From IMG/VR virus record IMGVR_UViG_3300033056_000008, positions 46,387 to 110,386 of that record: 64,000 nucleotides of DNA; one strand, written 5' to 3'. A model generated the notes under the pieces. That model worked only from the letters and a program-made list of their open reading frames with translations. It was not told the origin of the DNA and ran no database searches. The DNA comes from a virus. The position numbers and the translations under genes were made by a program. Positions 60,208 through 64,000 of the stretch are shown piece by piece (within the stretch, counting starts at the first letter, position 1; every line of letters begins with the position of its first letter).

Positions 60208-60402
60208 TTATAATAATGCATATCCATCATATAATTCATAATCATCTTCTACTAACGCTAAATAATACTGCGAAAAATCGCTCCAATGATTTTCATTCCA
60301 TTCGTTAACTAACTGCTTACCAAAATATTCATTTACATTCTCTGCAACTACCTGCTCAACAAACAAGTCTCTGTCAAAGTTATCCTTCGTTATAATTTTC
60401 AT
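60208..60402 (-). CDS. Small phage protein
   Basis: AGGAG RBS. Confidence 0.6.
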   Translation of the reverse strand: MKIITKDNFDRDLFVEQVVAENVNEYFGKQLVNEWNENHWSDFSQYYLALVEDDYELYDGYALL

Positions 60403-60494
60403 TTAACAAACTCCTAACAATTAATTTATTTTGTTTTTAAAAACTAAATGTACCTGAGTTAACTTCATATCTTGATGTAACTAACATTAATAAA

Positions 60495-61235
60495 TTAACA
60501 CTCAATTTGAACTAAATTTGAATTTAATCTACAATAAATCTTATTTTCATACTTTTCATTCGACACTTCTTCAGTTTTTCTAGTATCAGTTTTCGTTTTC
60601 CAATCAAAAGAACCGGTAATATGTCTTTCAATCTCCATTACTCTATAAGTATCGTGAGGATTAGTTGAATTGACACTCAATATTTCTACTTTCTTTTTTA
60701 TCATGGGAGTATCATCTAAAACAAAACCATATTGCTTAACTGCTACATGTGCCTCTACGATATCACCAACCTTATATTCTGGTTGCAAATCTGGATTATA
60801 TAGATCATGCAGCGAAAATCCATAAAACCTATCTAAAGTTTCAATATCATCATTATCGTTTATCAAATCTGCACACTCGTTATCTTCAACAGTAAGTAAA
60901 GATTCAATATAACTAATCATTTTCTTAAATGATTGTTCATTTGTAATATACCTTACTCTGTGGTCATCTCCTTCTCTCCCAGCATTTTGTATTATCATAA
61001 CTGGATCATTTTCATACCAAACAGATGCTAAAGTCCATGTTCTTCTACCATCGAAACTATAATCAGCATAATATTTAATATCAATCTTTTCGTTTACATC
61101 TTCTAATCCATAATAAGAATCTATATATCTTTTTTCACTTATCTCTGGCAGATGGTCATAATAGTATCCTTTCAAATGCCCTAAGCATCTTTCAATTCTT
61201 TGAGGCTCTAATTTATATAAATCGATTGCTTTCAT
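60495..61235 (-). CDS. Hypothetical phage protein
   Basis: Probable start MKAIDLYK at 61235 behind GGAGG. Confidence 0.7.
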   Translation of the reverse strand: MKAIDLYKLEPQRIERCLGHLKGYYYDHLPEISEKRYIDSYYGLEDVNEKIDIKYYADYSFDGRRTWTLASVWYENDPVMIIQNAGREGDDHRVRYITNEQSFKKMISYIESLLTVEDNECADLINDNDDIETLDRFYGFSLHDLYNPDLQPEYKVGDIVEAHVAVKQYGFVLDDTPMIKKKVEILSVNSTNPHDTYRVMEIERHITGSFDWKTKTDTRKTEEVSNEKYENKIYCRLNSNLVQIEC

Positions 61236-61236
61236 T

Positions 61237-61512
61237 TCAGCGATCCTCCAATTTATTATATAATTTATTTGGCATCTCAATACATTCGCAATCATAAACA
61301 TCCTTGTTGTCATCATAAACAATATTAATACTTAATTTTCTTCCGTCTTCCACAATTATATCTTCTTCCCAGTATGTGTCACGGTCAGTTTCTATTAGTC
61401 TATGATCATTGAGATCTACATTTAGGTCTCCACAAATTTCATCAATAAATTGACAAGATGCTGCCTCAATAGTGTAATACTCTGCATCATATTCTTGTTC
61501 TTTTGTATACAT
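61237..61512 (-). CDS. Acidic hypothetical protein
   Basis: Probable start MYTKEQE at 61512 behind GAGGAG. Confidence 0.6.
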   Translation of the reverse strand: MYTKEQEYDAEYYTIEAASCQFIDEICGDLNVDLNDHRLIETDRDTYWEEDIIVEDGRKLSINIVYDDNKDVYDCECIEMPNKLYNKLEDR

Positions 61513-61553
61513 TCTCCTCACTCCTATAATATTTTTATTTGAATAACTGTCTT

Positions 61554-62048
61554 TCATTGACTCAGCCAGTCGTTCTTGTGTAATCTCTCTGGATTGGTAT
61601 AAATGTTTCCTATGACTTTACAAGTTTGGTTTATTCCTCTGCCAATACCATAATCGCAATAATCAACTAAATCTTCTTTTATTTTCCCTGTAAGTTCCTG
61701 AATAAAAGGATTTGTATTTATCCAAATGCCTAGATAATCAACTCTAACTTGAGAAGCATGTTTTCTTCTTCCATCTGTAACAACTACTATGTCATTATTA
61801 AATATTTTCACTCCTGTATCATCATACAATCCAGTCCACTGTAGTAATTCAACATCATTAATACTTCTCCATTCAGATACATCCGGATTTTCTTTACTTA
61901 CAACTCCAATATCTTTTCCACTTTTACATCCCAAAGGAAAATATATACTGCTAACTTCATACATCAATTTTTCTTCTCTATCCCACACCTTAAACTCGAA
62001 GTTCATTCTTATACCTCCTTCTCTAAATAAAACTAAGTTTTTATTCAA
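61554..62048 (-). CDS. YopX family protein
   Basis: FEFKVWD...LLQWTGLYDDTGVKIFNND...VIGNIYTNPE; likely start near 62008. Confidence 0.85.
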   Translation of the reverse strand: MNKNLVLFREGGIRMNFEFKVWDREEKLMYEVSSIYFPLGCKSGKDIGVVSKENPDVSEWRSINDVELLQWTGLYDDTGVKIFNNDIVVVTDGRRKHASQVRVDYLGIWINTNPFIQELTGKIKEDLVDYCDYGIGRGINQTCKVIGNIYTNPERLHKNDWLSQ

Positions 62049-62350
62049 TTGTATACATATGTTATTACTGCTATCTCTTTATTCACTAATTCTGTAGCAT
62101 CACTAAAAGATAAAACAAATTCATCAAACGGAACAAAAAATGAATCATCAAACATATATTCATAAAGAAATGTAATTTTAACTTTAATATTCATACAATA
62201 CCCTTTCCTAATTAATTTATTTTATCCAAACACTCTAATTAACATTTCATCCAACCTAATATTTTTCTTTTCACAAATATATCTTCCGGCTAAACAAAAT
62301 ACAATAATTATAATTGCCATCGCTATGTATCCCATATAACTTACCTCCTT

Positions 62351-62560
62351 TCACATAGTCATCGCTTGCTCCTTCAAAGCTAAGAACGTGTTCTGATCCA
62401 TTCCGTAATTCTTATGTAGTCTTTCTTTAATTCGGTTCACCTTACGCTCGTATTCACTCTCTACAGCGTTTAGTTTACCTGGGTTACTGTAGCCTATCTC
62501 CCATGCTGCTGATTGAAATTCATCGGTGTATTGTCTTAGAAGTAAGGCGTATGCTGTCAT
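62351..62560 (-). CDS. Hypothetical phage protein
   Basis: AGGGG RBS. Confidence 0.6.
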   Translation of the reverse strand: MTAYALLLRQYTDEFQSAAWEIGYSNPGKLNAVESEYERKVNRIKERLHKNYGMDQNTFLALKEQAMTM

Positions 62561-62642
62561 GTTAATAACCCCTTTATGTATAAGTTATTATTAGTTTATC
62601 ACACCTTTCATTATTTGTTAATTAATTTATTTTACTTTTAGT

Positions 62643-62864
62643 TTAAAATTCAATATACCCATTCTTTAATTCAGCTAATTTACTTTTAATAATACTTTTA
62701 GCCTCATCTAAATTGTAAATTTCTTTAGTTCCAAAGCCAGATCCATTTACCATGTGTACCTTTATTCCGTATTTATTTGTATCTCTGTTTACCCACGGTT
62801 CAACGTTATTTACATTGTTCCAATTAAGGAAATTACCATCAATATTAATTATCTTCATTATCAA
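62643..62864 (-). CDS. Small phage protein
   Basis: GGAGG RBS. Confidence 0.6.
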   Translation of the reverse strand: MIMKIINIDGNFLNWNNVNNVEPWVNRDTNKYGIKVHMVNGSGFGTKEIYNLDEAKSIIKSKLAELKNGYIEF

Positions 62865-63105
62865 CTTCCTCCTGATTTATCAACATATCAGATAATTCTA
62901 TAAAAAAGTTGCTCAATTCAATACAGTCGTTCTTGCTTAAGTCATAATCATACCAATCATCACAGGCTTCGCCTATCCAGCAACTACCATCGAATCCTTT
63001 TTCATAATCACTTCCAAAGTCAACTACCCTTTCCTCTTTAAGCTTCTCAATGATCGGATACTTACTTTTTAAATTCTCTAATTTATTATTTTTCAACAAA
63101 ATCAT
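62845..63105 (-). CDS. Acidic small protein
   Basis: Co-oriented ORF. Confidence 0.55.
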   Translation of the reverse strand: MILLKNNKLENLKSKYPIIEKLKEERVVDFGSDYEKGFDGSCWIGEACDDWYDYDLSKNDCIELSNFFIELSDMLINQEEVDNEDN

Positions 63106-63133
63106 CCTTTCAATTCAAAATCAAATAGTTCTT

Positions 63134-63376
63134 TTATTTGTTTACACTGTCTCTAATCCAATGATATACGGCATCACGAACTTCTGTATCCCACCAATCC
63201 CACTGAGCAGCTAAATACTTAATTTCTTCTGGCAATTCCACTGCAATTTCATTTAGTAAAGTTAAAGTTGGTCTTTCTTCTAGAATATCAATATAGCAGC
63301 TATTAATAACGTCTAGCATCTCTTTCTTATCCTCTATTTGCAAAATGAATCCTCCTTTTCTAAATTTCATAATCAA
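63134..63376 (-). CDS. Hypothetical phage protein
   Basis: Co-oriented ORF. Confidence 0.55.
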   Translation of the reverse strand: MIMKFRKGGFILQIEDKKEMLDVINSCYIDILEERPTLTLLNEIAVELPEEIKYLAAQWDWWDTEVRDAVYHWIRDSVNK

Positions 63377-63380
63377 ATTG

Positions 63381-63923
63381 TCATTTTATTATTTCATATA
63401 CATTTTCTAATTGTATGATTGCTTTTTCAACTTGAGGTACATCTTTTCTATTATATTCTTGTCTTTCTTGCCTGATTTTCTCCCAACCACTGTCATCAGC
63501 ATATAAAGGATTGACGCTATAGGCTTTAGCTTTTCTAAAAACTTTTGAAAACTCATCTTCCATATAGGATACAAAATCTAGTATACTTTTTATTTCTGCT
63601 TCATTGTAATACGAAGAAAGTGGGAACTTTTTAATTTTCTCTAAAGCATCAAATATTATTGGTTTAGCATCTCTTTTAAAACCACTTTCAACTGAGTGAG
63701 ATAATAAAACATTTTCTATTTTAGTTAAATTATAATTTACAATAAAACGGTTTTGATTGTCTGTTTCTTGTTTTTCTTTTTCTGCTGCCTCTTTTATTGC
63801 CAATGCTGTCTTATTAGAAGCAACAGTTGCTTTCCAAACCAAAAAACTAAAAGTAGTAGTTGCTAAGATATTCGCTATTGCAATTAAATCTGCAGTATCT
63901 ATTGTTGCTATATCTAAATTCAT
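63381..63923 (-). CDS. N-terminally membrane-anchored protein
   Basis: AAAGGAG RBS; hydrophobic residues about 12-34. Confidence 0.65.
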   Translation of the reverse strand: MNLDIATIDTADLIAIANILATTTFSFLVWKATVASNKTALAIKEAAEKEKQETDNQNRFIVNYNLTKIENVLLSHSVESGFKRDAKPIIFDALEKIKKFPLSSYYNEAEIKSILDFVSYMEDEFSKVFRKAKAYSVNPLYADDSGWEKIRQERQEYNRKDVPQVEKAIIQLENVYEIIK

Positions 63924-64000
63924 TCTTATTCTCCTTTAAAAGACTTGTTTTATTACTTATTGATTAGACAACTTCTTAAACTCTTTTTCAACATCCTCAA

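Larger units (their letters stand above)
78..62043. repeat. Dispersed gene-junction palindrome TAAAA-N6-TTTTA (at least 19 exact copies)
   Basis: Starts at 78, 4812, 5625, 8454, 27980, 31098, 34121, 36168, 36707, 45321, 46635, 50197, 55311, 57336, 57684, 58302, 58716, 59949, 62028. Confidence 0.85.
1..64000 (-). mobile_element. SPbeta-like temperate phage/prophage, early-replication-lysogeny arm (neither boundary is in the window)
   Basis: yorF-K-like replication synteny, yopP-Q-R-S block, aimR-aimP, nrdIEF, YopX/YolD/3D proteins, dense co-oriented small ORFs. Confidence 0.92.

Noticed and set aside
78-62043. CRISPR array or REP-like repeats
   Set aside because: The repeated motifs are short, irregularly spaced and separated by whole genes; there are no 30-40 nt spacer units and no cas genes.
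1060-63939. Plus-strand ORFs antisense to real genes (e.g. 1060, 2102, 11898, 16656, 22911, 28143, 39248, 46120, 52051, 53154, 61789)
   Set aside because: They overlap motif-supported minus-strand genes, lack an RBS and have shadow-ORF composition. ORF 52051-52257 is simply the antisense of aimP.
1-64000. tRNA/rRNA genes and prophage att sites
   Set aside because: No T-loop or cloverleaf patterns were noticed, and no integrase-host junction lies within the window.

Overview
The whole window is the early, replication and lysogeny-control arm of a large AT-rich SPbeta-like Bacillus temperate phage or prophage. No host genes are seen, and almost all genes are on the minus strand. In plus-strand order it carries: a class Ib ribonucleotide reductase module (thioredoxin-like gene, nrdF, nrdE, nrdI; no introns or inteins); small hypotheticals; a DndC/PAPS-reductase-like enzyme beside NDT-like and Nmad1-like genes; a replication cluster (family A polymerase, RecJ-like DHH nuclease, primase, DnaB helicase, AAA ATPase, SSB-like protein); accessory genes; the SPbeta-type repressor block (yopS, yopR, yopQ, yopP homologues); an ATP-dependent ligase; a RlaP-like plus CCA/HD nucleotidyltransferase pair; and an arbitrium locus (aimR, plus an aimP absent from the ORF track whose predicted peptide is DPPVGG). 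Notable non-coding structure: at least 19 exact copies of a palindrome TAAAA-N6-TTTTA at gene junctions; an AAAATAAATTAAT motif embedded in sigma-A promoters; two covarying long-spacer inverted repeats bracketing the repressor operon; a candidate AimR operator; and LexA boxes. Three genes, including both HNH endonucleases, are broken by single in-frame stops. All family assignments come from motifs I recognised by eye, not from database searches.
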